Of a stretch of 64,000 nt of DNA, positions 1 to 10,500 are shown in pieces (the stretch's first letter is position 1; every line of letters begins with the position of its first letter). The notes under the pieces were generated by a model that did not search any database, was not told the origin of the DNA, and was given only the letters and a program-made list of their open reading frames with translations. Location of the stretch: the IMG/VR virus record IMGVR_UViG_3300037470_000856, positions 1 to 64,000 of that record. The stretch is one strand, 5' to 3'. Position numbers and translations under genes: made by a program. The stretch is from a virus.

Positions 1-557
1 CGCACGGAGGAGAACCCGGGCGTCATCGAGATCGTTGGACGCTCGGCAAAGTCCCACGCGGGGTACACCGTCTTCCCGCGAGCCCGGTACTGGAGCACGA
101 ACCCGAGAGACGTGGCCGCGTCACCGTCGACCCGGACCTGCGAGCGCGGGCCCCGGTCGAGCACGTCGAGCAGGCCAAGGTAGCCCCCTATGTTGGCGGC
201 CTGAATCGAGAGGTTGCCGTTGCGGAAGGCCGCGTTCAGGAGCTCGACGACGCGGTCCGTCGTCACCCGGGTTCCCACGGGCAGCGCGAAGTTGGCGAGG
301 GACTGGGCTCGGTTCGAGATCGTGATCGTGTTCTCGTTCTGGATGATCCTGAACGGCCCGCTCATGGCCCCCATGAGGGTTGCCCGGCTCAGGATCCCCT
401 GCCTCGGAATTGTCACGTCGTCGTTGGCCGTGATTCGGATGCGCGTCGAGGCCACGGGCTGACGCGTGAGTAGCTCACGACGGTCGGGCCCGAGAGGGAC
501 CTCCTCCTCGATCGTGAGATGTGGGCACGCGTGTGCCAGTTGGAAGTCGATGCTCAT
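1..557 (-). CDS. Virion structural protein, possibly a baseplate wedge component (3' end runs off the window)
   Basis: Not in the ORF track. ATG at 557 reads open to the window edge (MSIDFQLAHACPHLTIEEEV...YPAWDFAERP) with GC3-rich codons. Follows the baseplate genes and a promoter-like motif at 568-583. Confidence 0.6.
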   Translation of the reverse strand, partial: MSIDFQLAHACPHLTIEEEVPLGPDRRELLTRQPVASTRIRITANDDVTIPRQGILSRATLMGAMSGPFRIIQNENTITISNRAQSLANFALPVGTRVTTDRVVELLNAAFRNGNLSIQAANIGGYLGLLDVLDRGPRSQVRVDGDAATSLGFVLQYRARGKTVYPAWDFAERPTISMTPGFSSV

Positions 558-567
558 GGGTTTACTG

Positions 568-583
568 GGGCGTCGATATAGGC
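568..583 (-). promoter_or_regulatory. Candidate phage late promoter (GCCTATATCGACGCCC)
   Basis: 15/16 identical to 44927-44942. Both lie in short intergenic gaps just upstream of a start codon. Confidence 0.5.
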
Positions 584-586
584 AAA

Positions 587-1543
587 TCAGCCCGTGGCGA
601 AGGGGTCCGTGCCGGGAGGATCGGAGAAAAGGCTATCGTAGTAGGCGATGCCGCTCGGGCTGACCTGCCCGTCGTCGCTCTTGGTGCCGAGATTCACGGT
701 GGTGAAGTCGGGTTCGCCATCGCTCCCTACTTCGTAAAAAGTTCGGTCCATCTCAGTCACGATGCGCGTCAGATGAAGGTTGCGCGCGTAGCGTTCCTCG
801 TCGGGCGCGAGAGGAAAGTCCGGGACGGAGCCTCCGATGGCCTGCTGGATCAGCGTGTCGCGCTCCTCAAGAAACTGCTCGCGCAGGTCCATCAGCTTGA
901 TGATTCTCTGCTCAAGCGCCGTGATCTCGCTGATGGTCTGCCTCGCCCACCTGCGTCCTTGGTCGAGACGAATGGCGATCTTAGCTCCCGCGCTTCCCTC
1001 GTTGAAGTAACGCCCCGCCAGGTTGGTTGGATCGCGGATGAAGGTTGGAAGGCCGCCCGGATACTGTCCTCCGGGCCCGTACGAGTCCGTGCTCTTCGGA
1101 GCCACCACGCCGCCGTAGGGCTGGTCGTACGGTGACGAGGGGGCTCCCGCGTCCGTGAAGAACTCGTTAGGATCGTCGTCGGGATCGTCGATCGGGTCCG
1201 AGTCGGTGGTGAACAGTATCTCGTCGGGCTGCAGCCACAGCGAGATGCTCATGGGGTTGCCGCCGCAGGCGATGTACGCCTGCACGAGTTTCTCGAGCGA
1301 CGACCCCTGCGAGACGTAGAACGCCTCGCGCTCCTCGGTCACGCTCTCGATCTGCTGCTCGGCGCCGTCGGCCGTCTGCACCGTCTCGACGCGGCGCCTG
1401 TAGAAGACCGTGATCCTGCCGATGCGTCTGAGCTCGGCGTTGATCACCCGCAGACGCGAAGAAGTGGCCCGTCGCTCCGTCAACATCCAGTCGCGAAACG
1501 CCTTCCACTGACACTGCCTCATCGTGCCGAGGTAGTTGAACAT
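587..1543 (-). CDS. Hypothetical virion-associated protein (318 aa)
   Basis: Start overlaps the upstream stop. Coiled-coil segment. Lies in the baseplate cluster. Confidence 0.7.
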   Translation of the reverse strand: MFNYLGTMRQCQWKAFRDWMLTERRATSSRLRVINAELRRIGRITVFYRRRVETVQTADGAEQQIESVTEEREAFYVSQGSSLEKLVQAYIACGGNPMSISLWLQPDEILFTTDSDPIDDPDDDPNEFFTDAGAPSSPYDQPYGGVVAPKSTDSYGPGGQYPGGLPTFIRDPTNLAGRYFNEGSAGAKIAIRLDQGRRWARQTISEITALEQRIIKLMDLREQFLEERDTLIQQAIGGSVPDFPLAPDEERYARNLHLTRIVTEMDRTFYEVGSDGEPDFTTVNLGTKSDDGQVSPSGIAYYDSLFSDPPGTDPFATG

Positions 1544-4224
1544 CAGGTGTCTCCCTTGAAGAGCGCGCGGAACACATCCAGGGCGAGATTGGGGATGCCA
1601 CCCGCGAACAGCACGATGCCGCCGCCGTAGGAGTCGGTCTCCGCGTTGGCCGGAGGGATGGGCTTGTTCTGCGATTCGATGAGAGCCGTGGTGACCCCGG
1701 CGGTGCCGGGCGCCACGACCACGAGGCCGGCCGCGGGCACGATGGAAAGGAAGAACCTGAGAAGACGCTGGATGAGGGCGTTGAGTCGGTTGAGAAATGC
1801 CTGGAGCTCGCGGATGCGGCTCTGGAGGAACTCGATGTATCGGCGGATGGTCTCGGCGATGCTCTCGATCGCGGCCTGGATGGCGCGCAGCAGCGCGAGG
1901 ATCTGATCGAAGAAGCGGTCGATGGCCGGGATGCCCTGCGGGAACAGACGGAAGGCGATCCAGCCCCGCTCCTGCGGGCGCACCTGAGGGCCCACGGCGA
2001 CCCGGAGAACGAACTGCGCGCCTGCGTAGACGGTGTCCGGGATCAGATTGCGGATGAACGCGATCCGGCGCAGGCGCAGACCTTCCCGGCTGTACACCAC
2101 CGGCGCGGCGTCCATTGATCCGCGACCCAGGAACGGGTTGGTCCCCGTGAAGTTCGGGTTGTCGTCGTTTGAGGCGAAGAAGAAGTGAGGTTCGCGCTGG
2201 AGCTCCCGCTCATCTCGGATGAGGACGGAAATGCGGTCGGCCGCCCGAGGGACGCCGATGGAAAGCGAGTTCGGGTTGGGCCCGATGCCGAACTGCACGT
2301 TGGAGTCCTGGAGAAGCTCAAGCAGGGAGCCTCCCTCAAGGTCGCCCGGGAAATTGGGGTCCGTCGTCGAGATGATGGGTCCTATCGGCGACTGGAGGAT
2401 CTGGAAGTTGAGCAGATCCTCCGCGCGCTCGACCGCGAGCTGCCGCGCCGCGAACGGAGGCAGGTTCTGCGTGAGCATCCGGTTCGTCAGGTTGATGCAG
2501 TTGACGAATAGCTTACGACGGAACTTAGGGACGTTGGCGTTGGCCTCCTCGAAGAACTTCTTGACCTGCCGTCGGCCGACGAGCTTGACCATCATGAACT
2601 GCGCGAGCTCCTCAAGCCCTGTCGCCTTGTTGGCGCGCCCCTCGAACTCGTTCCACCACATCGGCTTGTTTCCGTTGGAGAGAACCCCGGACGGCGGGTA
2701 TCCGATGGGGCCGTTCTCTCCGTAGAGCACGGGGATGTCGGCCCGAGAGAGAGCGAGCACAGCCAACGCCTCCGCCACGGCCCGCAGGTAGAGCTGCGTA
2801 CTCGCGTCCGGGAACAGGATGGGCGTCACGAAGGACGGAGGCCCCACGTCGTCGAGGCCCACGACGTCCGGGTTCTTGATAGGCAGCACGGGCCCTTCGC
2901 GGTCGCGCAGGGCCGTCTGGTCGGCAATGAACTGGTAGTCCGTCGCGCTCTTGATGTCGCGGCTCACGGCGCGTACGCGAACGAAGAACCGCTCGGGCTG
3001 TCGGTTGTCGTTCTTCCGGGTGATGTTGCCTCCTCCGAAGAGGCTGGTCCTGAGGTCGAACTCCGCCTCGTACGGCATGTCCTCGAACACGAAAGTCGCC
3101 CCGTATCCCTTCCCCGGGAAGAAGAAGTTCTGCGCGAAAGGGACGTAGAACGTCTTCTGGAGAAAGTGCCTGTCCCCCTCCTGTAGCTGATCGAGCGGGA
3201 TGGGAGCCTGGTCGCTGAGGTTCTTGATGCCGTAGATGCGAACGGCGTCGCTCTTGAACTCGCCCCGGAAGTCGATCGCGTCGTTCCAGTTGACGGCTCC
3301 GCGCACGTCGAGCTGCTGGATGCCGCCGCGCAGGAGGATCGGGTTGCCGTCCTCGTCGAGGACGTCCACCACTTCGGTCTTGGCCGGCTGGTTATTGAGG
3401 TCCATATGCTGCGCGGAGCCCTCGATGACACGCTCGGCCACGAGTTTGATCGGCTGCTCAAGCGTGGAGAACTCGACGAGGAACCCGGCTGGCGGCAGCA
3501 GGGGCGTGTCGGGGAACGGCGCCCCGGGGATGGGAGCCATCTGCCACGTCAGGTTCACCGCGTTGTACGGGTTGTTGATGCTGTCGTCGGGGCTGCCCTT
3601 GTCGAAGATCTCGCTGCGGAAGAAACTCTTGTTGAACGAGAAGATCGTGGCACCGTCGTACCCGTAGGTCGCCTGCACGTTGGTGACCTTCCCGATCATG
3701 CGCGGCACCGGGTACTTGCGGTTGAAGAGAGCGAGGATCGCCTTGATGAGCTGGATGATCCGGTTGATGCCGCGGATGTCAGCCTGCACGAACAGGAACA
3801 CCGCGAGGCACGTCGAGAGCTCGCTGATGTCGGGACGGTTGGGATCCGACGTGTCCTGGAGGCGCGCGACCATCCGCGTCTCGTACTGAAGATAGCCGCC
3901 CTTGAGCTCCTTGAAATCGGGGCCCTTGAGTGAGTAGAAATCGCCGTGGATGTAGATGCCTAGCTGCCGGAGGTCGTTGAGAATCTGCTCGATGAGGTTG
4001 CGGAGCGCCTCAATGAGAGCGATCAAAGGGTCGAGCAGCCCCGTGAGGAAAACCTTAAGCAGCTCGAGGACAGCCAGGAGGATGTCGAGGATGCGGATCA
4101 GGAAGGAGAAGAAGGCGTCAACGGCCTGGCGGACGGGCTCGAGAAAGTCAGGGATCTCGAGCGAAATGGTCTGCCAAGTGCCGACGATGCCCTGCTGTTG
4201 TGGTCCCTGTTCTGGGTTGGCCAT
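1543..4224 (-). CDS. Hypothetical baseplate/tail-associated protein (893 aa) with long amphipathic helical ends
   Basis: Long ORF with native codon usage. N- and C-terminal Leu/Ile-rich heptad-like helices flank a beta-rich core. Confidence 0.7.
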   Translation of the reverse strand: MANPEQGPQQQGIVGTWQTISLEIPDFLEPVRQAVDAFFSFLIRILDILLAVLELLKVFLTGLLDPLIALIEALRNLIEQILNDLRQLGIYIHGDFYSLKGPDFKELKGGYLQYETRMVARLQDTSDPNRPDISELSTCLAVFLFVQADIRGINRIIQLIKAILALFNRKYPVPRMIGKVTNVQATYGYDGATIFSFNKSFFRSEIFDKGSPDDSINNPYNAVNLTWQMAPIPGAPFPDTPLLPPAGFLVEFSTLEQPIKLVAERVIEGSAQHMDLNNQPAKTEVVDVLDEDGNPILLRGGIQQLDVRGAVNWNDAIDFRGEFKSDAVRIYGIKNLSDQAPIPLDQLQEGDRHFLQKTFYVPFAQNFFFPGKGYGATFVFEDMPYEAEFDLRTSLFGGGNITRKNDNRQPERFFVRVRAVSRDIKSATDYQFIADQTALRDREGPVLPIKNPDVVGLDDVGPPSFVTPILFPDASTQLYLRAVAEALAVLALSRADIPVLYGENGPIGYPPSGVLSNGNKPMWWNEFEGRANKATGLEELAQFMMVKLVGRRQVKKFFEEANANVPKFRRKLFVNCINLTNRMLTQNLPPFAARQLAVERAEDLLNFQILQSPIGPIISTTDPNFPGDLEGGSLLELLQDSNVQFGIGPNPNSLSIGVPRAADRISVLIRDERELQREPHFFFASNDDNPNFTGTNPFLGRGSMDAAPVVYSREGLRLRRIAFIRNLIPDTVYAGAQFVLRVAVGPQVRPQERGWIAFRLFPQGIPAIDRFFDQILALLRAIQAAIESIAETIRRYIEFLQSRIRELQAFLNRLNALIQRLLRFFLSIVPAAGLVVVAPGTAGVTTALIESQNKPIPPANAETDSYGGGIVLFAGGIPNLALDVFRALFKGDT

Positions 4225-4227
4225 CCG

Positions 4228-4527
4228 CTATCTCCCTCCTCCTCGCTTGAGGCGCATGAGCTGGTAGTTCAACTCGTCGGTCTCCTGGAGGTCTCGCTTG
4301 ACCTGCTCCTCGAGGATGACGCCCATCTCCTTAAGCATCTCGGCGTACCAACTGAGCGTCGGCAGGTTCGCCTTGTCTCCCGCCTTGACGTAGTCCTCGT
4401 TGTCCGTCCACTTGCCCGGATCGATGCCGGACGCCCGGAGACGCTCCTCCACCTCCTCAACCGTCATCTTGGTCATGTCAAAGTCGAAGGGACTCCGGTA
4501 CTCCCACTTGTGCTTCCTCGTGGTCAT
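4228..4527 (-). CDS. Small hypothetical protein (99 aa), C-terminal coiled coil
   Basis: ATGA overlap with the 3642-aa gene stop (4524-4527) supports the start MTTRKHKWEY rather than 4659. Confidence 0.7.
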   Translation of the reverse strand: MTTRKHKWEYRSPFDFDMTKMTVEEVEERLRASGIDPGKWTDNEDYVKAGDKANLPTLSWYAEMLKEMGVILEEQVKRDLQETDELNYQLMRLKRGGGR

Positions 4528-7500
4528 CCGGCGTCTCCGATCGACTGGGACAGGCGAAGTTGACGCAACTCCTCGCGTCGCTTCTTGGGAAGCTCCCGGT
4601 CGAACCTGCGAATCTGCTCGAGGGTGCCGTCCTCCCGGTTGACCCGGAAGTCGAGCCATGCGAACCGCTGCTCTCGAAACTGGTCGTCGTTGTCGAGGAC
4701 GTCCGCGATCCGGTCGATGAGCACGGGGCGGCCATCGCCCTCCTCGGCCGCGGGGTTGTTGACGTTCGTCTCGAGGGTCGAGTAGCTCGGGGTGCCCGGA
4801 GGGGAGCCCACGGGGAACTCGGAGTCCAGGCGCGTGTCGAGCACCCAGAATCGCCTGTCGAGAACCGACAGGCTGTCCGTAGTGTTGGCGAACGGGCTGA
4901 TCGCCACCAGGCCTCGGACGCCGTCTACGAGTTCGTTGCTCATGACCCCCTTCCCCTCGTCGGGGATCAACGGGTTACCGAGATCCGAGATGTGCTCATC
5001 CCTCTGGAACACGAAGTAACTCCCGTACTTGTCCTCCCGGAAGAAGACCTCGAACTCCTCAAGGAAGCTCAGCGTGCGCTCTCGCATGAGCAGGACGAGA
5101 TCCACGGCGTCCTCCGAGAACAGCGCGGAGGGCCGGAAGATCGTGTACGAGACCGGAGCGATGCTCAGCAGGTTCCCGAGGAAGGAGTTCGAGGCCGATC
5201 CGTTCTCTCCGGCGAAGGAGGTGGGACGGAGGTCCATCTGACCCTCCACGCCCGGGCCCCCGGGAGGATCGGCGAAGGGGGCCGTCGAGGCAGAGACCGT
5301 CGGGTAGACCGTGTACTCGGCGTCCACCCCGAACGTGACGTTGCCGGCGCCCGGGTCGGCCGAGTACTCGGTCTGCGAGCTGACGGTGACAGCGTCTCCG
5401 GCCACCTCCGTGACGCGGTACCAGCCGCGGTTGTCGTCGAGCTCAGACGGGGCACCTCCGATGAACGGCACATCCTGCCCCGCCGTGGCCACGGTCCGGT
5501 TCGGGACGCTCCGATCTCCGAAGGGCCTCGTGCCTTGCTCCTGGCCCGTGGCGGGGACACCCGTGGGTCCCTGCACGAGGCCGGCCGAGTCGATGAGCAC
5601 AATGTCGCCCTCCTGGACGCCAAGCGCCGAGAAGTTGATGTCGCCGTCGGTGTCCTTGAGACGCCTGGGATCGGTGGGGGTTACCTCCGACGGGACGAAC
5701 CCGCCGTCCTGCGTCGAGTAGTCGGCCTCGCGCTCGAGCAGGACCTGGTCAACAATCTGCGTGAAGAGTTGCTCGTTGCTCTGCTCGTGCGGGACGGGGA
5801 TCTGTCGGAGATAGATCTCGAAGTCGAGGCCCGGCACGTCTGCCGCGTCCACCTTGGTGATGCCCGGCTCCTTGAGCCAGATCTGCGTCCCCGACTCGAT
5901 TCCGGCGATCTCGATCTCGTCGAGCAGGTTGCCCTCGTCGTCGAGCAGGCGGAAGAAGTCCCCCGGATTGACGTTGACGAGGTTGTCGTTGAACGGCCCG
6001 AGGTTGGTCGCGTCGTTGGCCGTCACGACGTACGGATAGACGAACGCGTCGGGTCCCACGGGCGCGGGGCCAAACGCCGACACGACGCCCGTGCGTTTCT
6101 GGTAGACGTAGCGGAGCGGCCCGAGCAGCTCTCCGATGCCCTGCAACACGTCGTGGAACCGTCGGATGCGGCGTACCTCCCACGTCACGGGTTCATCGGC
6201 CACCTCGCCGAAACTCGTCGGATCTCGGAATCCGATGTCCGCAGCGGCGACCGAATTGGAAGAGTCGACGACACGTTCGGCCCCGCCTGACAGATCGAGG
6301 ACCGGCTTGGGCCACGAGGGCTCGAGGAAAATGCCGGCCTGCGCATGAAAACCAGATAAGAGCCCCCCCGTGATGGTGATGAGAGAGTCGCCGGGCATAA
6401 GAGCGTAGAGACCGGCCACAGCGTGGATGGTGTCCCAGTCGGTATTGCCCGGGTCGGTCTGGTCGATCTGCATGAACTGCGCGATGTCATTGTAGACGTA
6501 CGCGTCGGGATTCGGGTCGAACGCCGTGTTGGAGATCGACGTGGCGACGAACACCCCGAGCTGGTCGACGCCCGGGACCCCGGCCACGAGCGTGCCGCCC
6601 GCCAAGTCCCACGCGATGGCGCCGCCAGGGCCCGAGACGGCGACCCCGTTGAAGCCTCCGATGGGCGTGGGCACGAGATCGACGGCGCCCACGCAATTGT
6701 GGGGGAGTTTCTCGTCGGCCGCGTTCTCCATCGTGATGTCGAACCGGTAGAACCCCGAGACGAGCGTCCCCGCGGGGAGGGTGTCGATCACGTCCGCCGA
6801 CGCGGAGGCGCCGGAGAAGTCCTCCACGCTGAGGGCGTTCACGTTGAACGTGTTGGTGGCGATGTTGACCGCTGTGTACGTGATCTTGTAGTTGGCCGTC
6901 ATGTAGTCGCCCGCGGCAGGATCAGGCTGCGCGATGAAGTAGATGACACCGCCCGCCGCGTCCCAGGCACTCGTGCCATCGACCAGGACCGTGTTGGAGA
7001 TCTCAACGGCGCCTCCGCCGTTCACATTGGCCAACACGAGGGACGGGAACTGCACGTCGGCCCACCCGGGCGTGTTGGAGGGCAGCGTTTCTTGCACGAG
7101 GGAGAGGTCGCGACGCTGTGTCGACGCCTCGTTGGGCTCGACCGTGTGCTTGACGAGGTAGGTCCCCGCCGTAACCGCCCCCTTGGGGGAGACGTCGTCG
7201 GACCCGAGGATCACCAGGACGTCCCCCGCCACCACCGCCTCGAAGCCCTGGCCGGTGACGCTGAGCAGCGTCGCGCCGTCGCTCGAGATTCGGTTGTTCC
7301 GTTCCGTGGTGACCCCCGCGACGCCGGTCCCCTCGGCGATGACGATCGCCTGGTCCTCACCGAACCGCGACGAGGGGATGGCCGAGAAAGTGATCGGGCT
7401 CGACGTCGTGATGGGGGTGTTCCCGGCCCCCTCGAACCCCATGACGCGCACGGTCCCCTGGCCCGATCCGCCCGTGACGGCCGAGTCGAAGGTGCCGATG

Positions 7501-10500
7501 AACGGGTAGACGTCACTGCGCGCGAGGAAGGTAAACGGACTGCCTCCGTTGACCGACGCCGGAGCGTTGACGGTGTTGTTCGTCGTCGTCTTGCTCTGGA
7601 TCTCCGTGACGCTGAGCTCGGTGAACACCGGGACGCCCGCCACGGCAGGTTCCGTGCGCGGGAGAATCGAACGCAGGTCGAGCCCCTCGCTGAACGTGAG
7701 CCGGTCGGCCTGGACGAAGGCCGTCATGCTGGCTCCGGCCGAGGTGTCAACGTCGATCGTGAACCAGAGCGGAATGGTGTCACCCGGATTCGCGCCGTCC
7801 TCGGGGAGCACGGGCGGAGGCAGGAAGCCGATCACGACGAACGAGCCGACCGTCGAGATGCTGAGGATGTTGTCGTCGGCCGAGGCGGCGGTGATAGCCG
7901 ACGCCCCCGTGCCGCTGGTGGCCGTGTTCGCGCCGAAGTCGAGAATGATGGTGTCGATCACGACCGGCACGGGAGACCCGAGATCGGGCGCGGTCCAGAG
8001 GTTGATCGTGACGACGTTGCCGCTGCCCAGCGTGATGAGATTGTTCAGGCCGCCCACGACGCCGGCCGGCGTCCCGTCGTTGAAGACCAGGATGCCAGTC
8101 GAGATCTGCGTGATGTCGAACTGCGTGACGGGGCCCGCGATCTCGCGGACGAGCATCCCCGGCGGGTTGGCCAGCACCGGCTGGTTCACGAAGGACATCG
8201 CGGTGCGCATCACGTAGCGCATCGTGTCGGCGAAGGCCGTCGGCGTGATGAACCGCGGAGGCTCGATGACGCTTCCGCTCGCGTCTCCCTCGACGTACCC
8301 CACGGACAGAATGCCCTGCGACCCGGCGGGCAGGCCCAGGCCCGACTGCCCCGTCTCGACGAACAGTACGTCGAAGACCCTGACGTCCCCGAATCCACTG
8401 TGGGGCGTGTATCCCCCCGCGGTGTTCACCGGCCACACGTCGAGGTCCGTGTTGATGGCTGCGGGCAGGTTGTTGCCCGAGAGAGTCCCCTCGATCTCAC
8501 CGTCGGTGCCCTGGATCTCGTCCGGGTAGACCGCGTTGGGGACGAGGGAGTCGGCGAACAGATCGTTGAAGGCCCCGGCCACGATGCCGAGTTGGTCGAT
8601 CTCGGTGTTCTGCGCGTACAGGTACGGCAACGAGTAGTCGCCGCTGTCGTTCGTGAAACCTCCCGTAAGCGCGGGGATGGGGGCCGGCTCCGTGAACCCG
8701 TTCCTGAACGTCACGATGCCCTCGACGTTCGACAGCGGGCTCGGGGGCTTCTGCCCGAGGAGTTCCTTGATGCCGAAAATGCTCGGGTCCTTGAACGACG
8801 GGAACGTGATGTCCCGGAGCTCGCCGTCGGGACGGTCCACTCCGACGTCGAACCCGACGCGGTAGTTCGGGAGCCCCTCGAGTTGAGCCTCCGTGTCACT
8901 CTTGGTCGAAGGCTCGTCGGGGTCCGCCCCGGGATTGACCTCCGCGTCCGTGGGGGTCACGAAGATGGTATCGCCCCGGAACAGCTTGATTGACCCGTCG
9001 GCCACGGCCGAATCCTCGGACACCTCGAGCAGGTCGTTGATCGACGTGATGAGATCGAGGCTGACGGGATTGCTGTCCTCGCGGGCGAAGGTGATGATGC
9101 ACCCGAGCAGTACCTCGCCCACGAAGACGGACTTGCCCACGGTGAACGTCTCGGGATCGCCGATGCCGACAGCCGACGACGGGAAGTCGAACGACACACT
9201 CTCGGACGTCTGGACGTCGAGGATGCGGCCGTCCGGGCGCCCGAAGGTGATCTTGGGGCGCCTGTTCACGCGGGCGTCGGTCACCTGCCAAGCGGGCGTG
9301 AATAGGTCGGGGTCGCCCGTAGTGAGATCGATGACCTCGCCCCCCTGAGCCGCGAACTGGAACACGTCGGGGAGACCCTTCTTCCCGATGGGGAGATCCT
9401 GGAGCGGGAGGGGCGTCGCGATGACGGCCGGCCGCGGGTTCGCGCCGAAGTCGGTCCCGACGAACGGAATGTCGTCAAACTCCGGGAACCCCGTGGGAGA
9501 GAAGGCGAAGATGCGAGCCCTCGGGAGGCGATTGCGGACCGTGACGGAACCGATGTTCTCGACCTGCCCAAGCACAGGGTTACCAACATCGGCGATGCCC
9601 TTGAAGAACGTGCTTGCGCGTTTGGGGAGTTCGGTCTTGAACTGGCCCCCGCTGCCCTTGATGGACAGGCGCTTGATCTTCTTACGGAAGGCGTAGACGC
9701 CCGGGTTGACCGGGACGGCCTCGAGATCGGCCCCGATGCCGGGGTCGGTGAGGGTGAAGTACTCGGCGAGCTCGGGGAAAATGCGAGAGAAGGGGCTCGG
9801 CTCGCCGAGACACCGGTACTTGCCAAGCGACTCGAGCCGCAGCGGGAAGAGGCGCAGGCGCTTGCGGGTCCGCGAGTAGAGGACGATATCGTCCACGTCG
9901 TTCAGCGCGAAGCCGCGCTGGAGCGCCTGAAGGTCCGCGAGGAAGTCGGGATCGAGGAAGGGACCCTCGAGCTGGTCGTTCACGACCGTGAAGTCGGTCG
10001 GGTCGACCAGGAAGTCCCGGGTCAGGAAGGTGACCTTCGGGTTGTAGCCGAAGAAGACCTCGGAGAAGAGGTTCCGGGCGTTGAGTTCTCCGGTGATCTG
10101 GTCCTCGTAGCCGGGGGGAGTCACCTCCTTGCCCTTGCCGACGAGGAACTGGAACTTGCCGTCGCGGTCTCCGATGATGTTCCCCGAGAGGGTCTCGGTG
10201 ATCTGCTCGAACGCGACGATCGCCTCGTTGTAGAACTCGAGGAACACCCGAGCGGCGCGGTCTTGGTCCTCGAGGTCGCGACGCTGCGACTTGAGACCGA
10301 GCCGCCCCTGGTTCGCATTCTCGACGGGCGGGATGACGGCGGGCGCGGGGCCCAGAGACGGGAGTTGTGCCGCGACCCCCTGCGCCACCTCGTTCGCCAC
10401 CTCGCCGAGGTACGACAGCAGCGGCAGCGTCCGGTAGAAGAACGTGTCCGGGTTTGAGAAGGTGTAGGTGCCGAGCAGGATCTGCCCGAGTCTTCCGTTC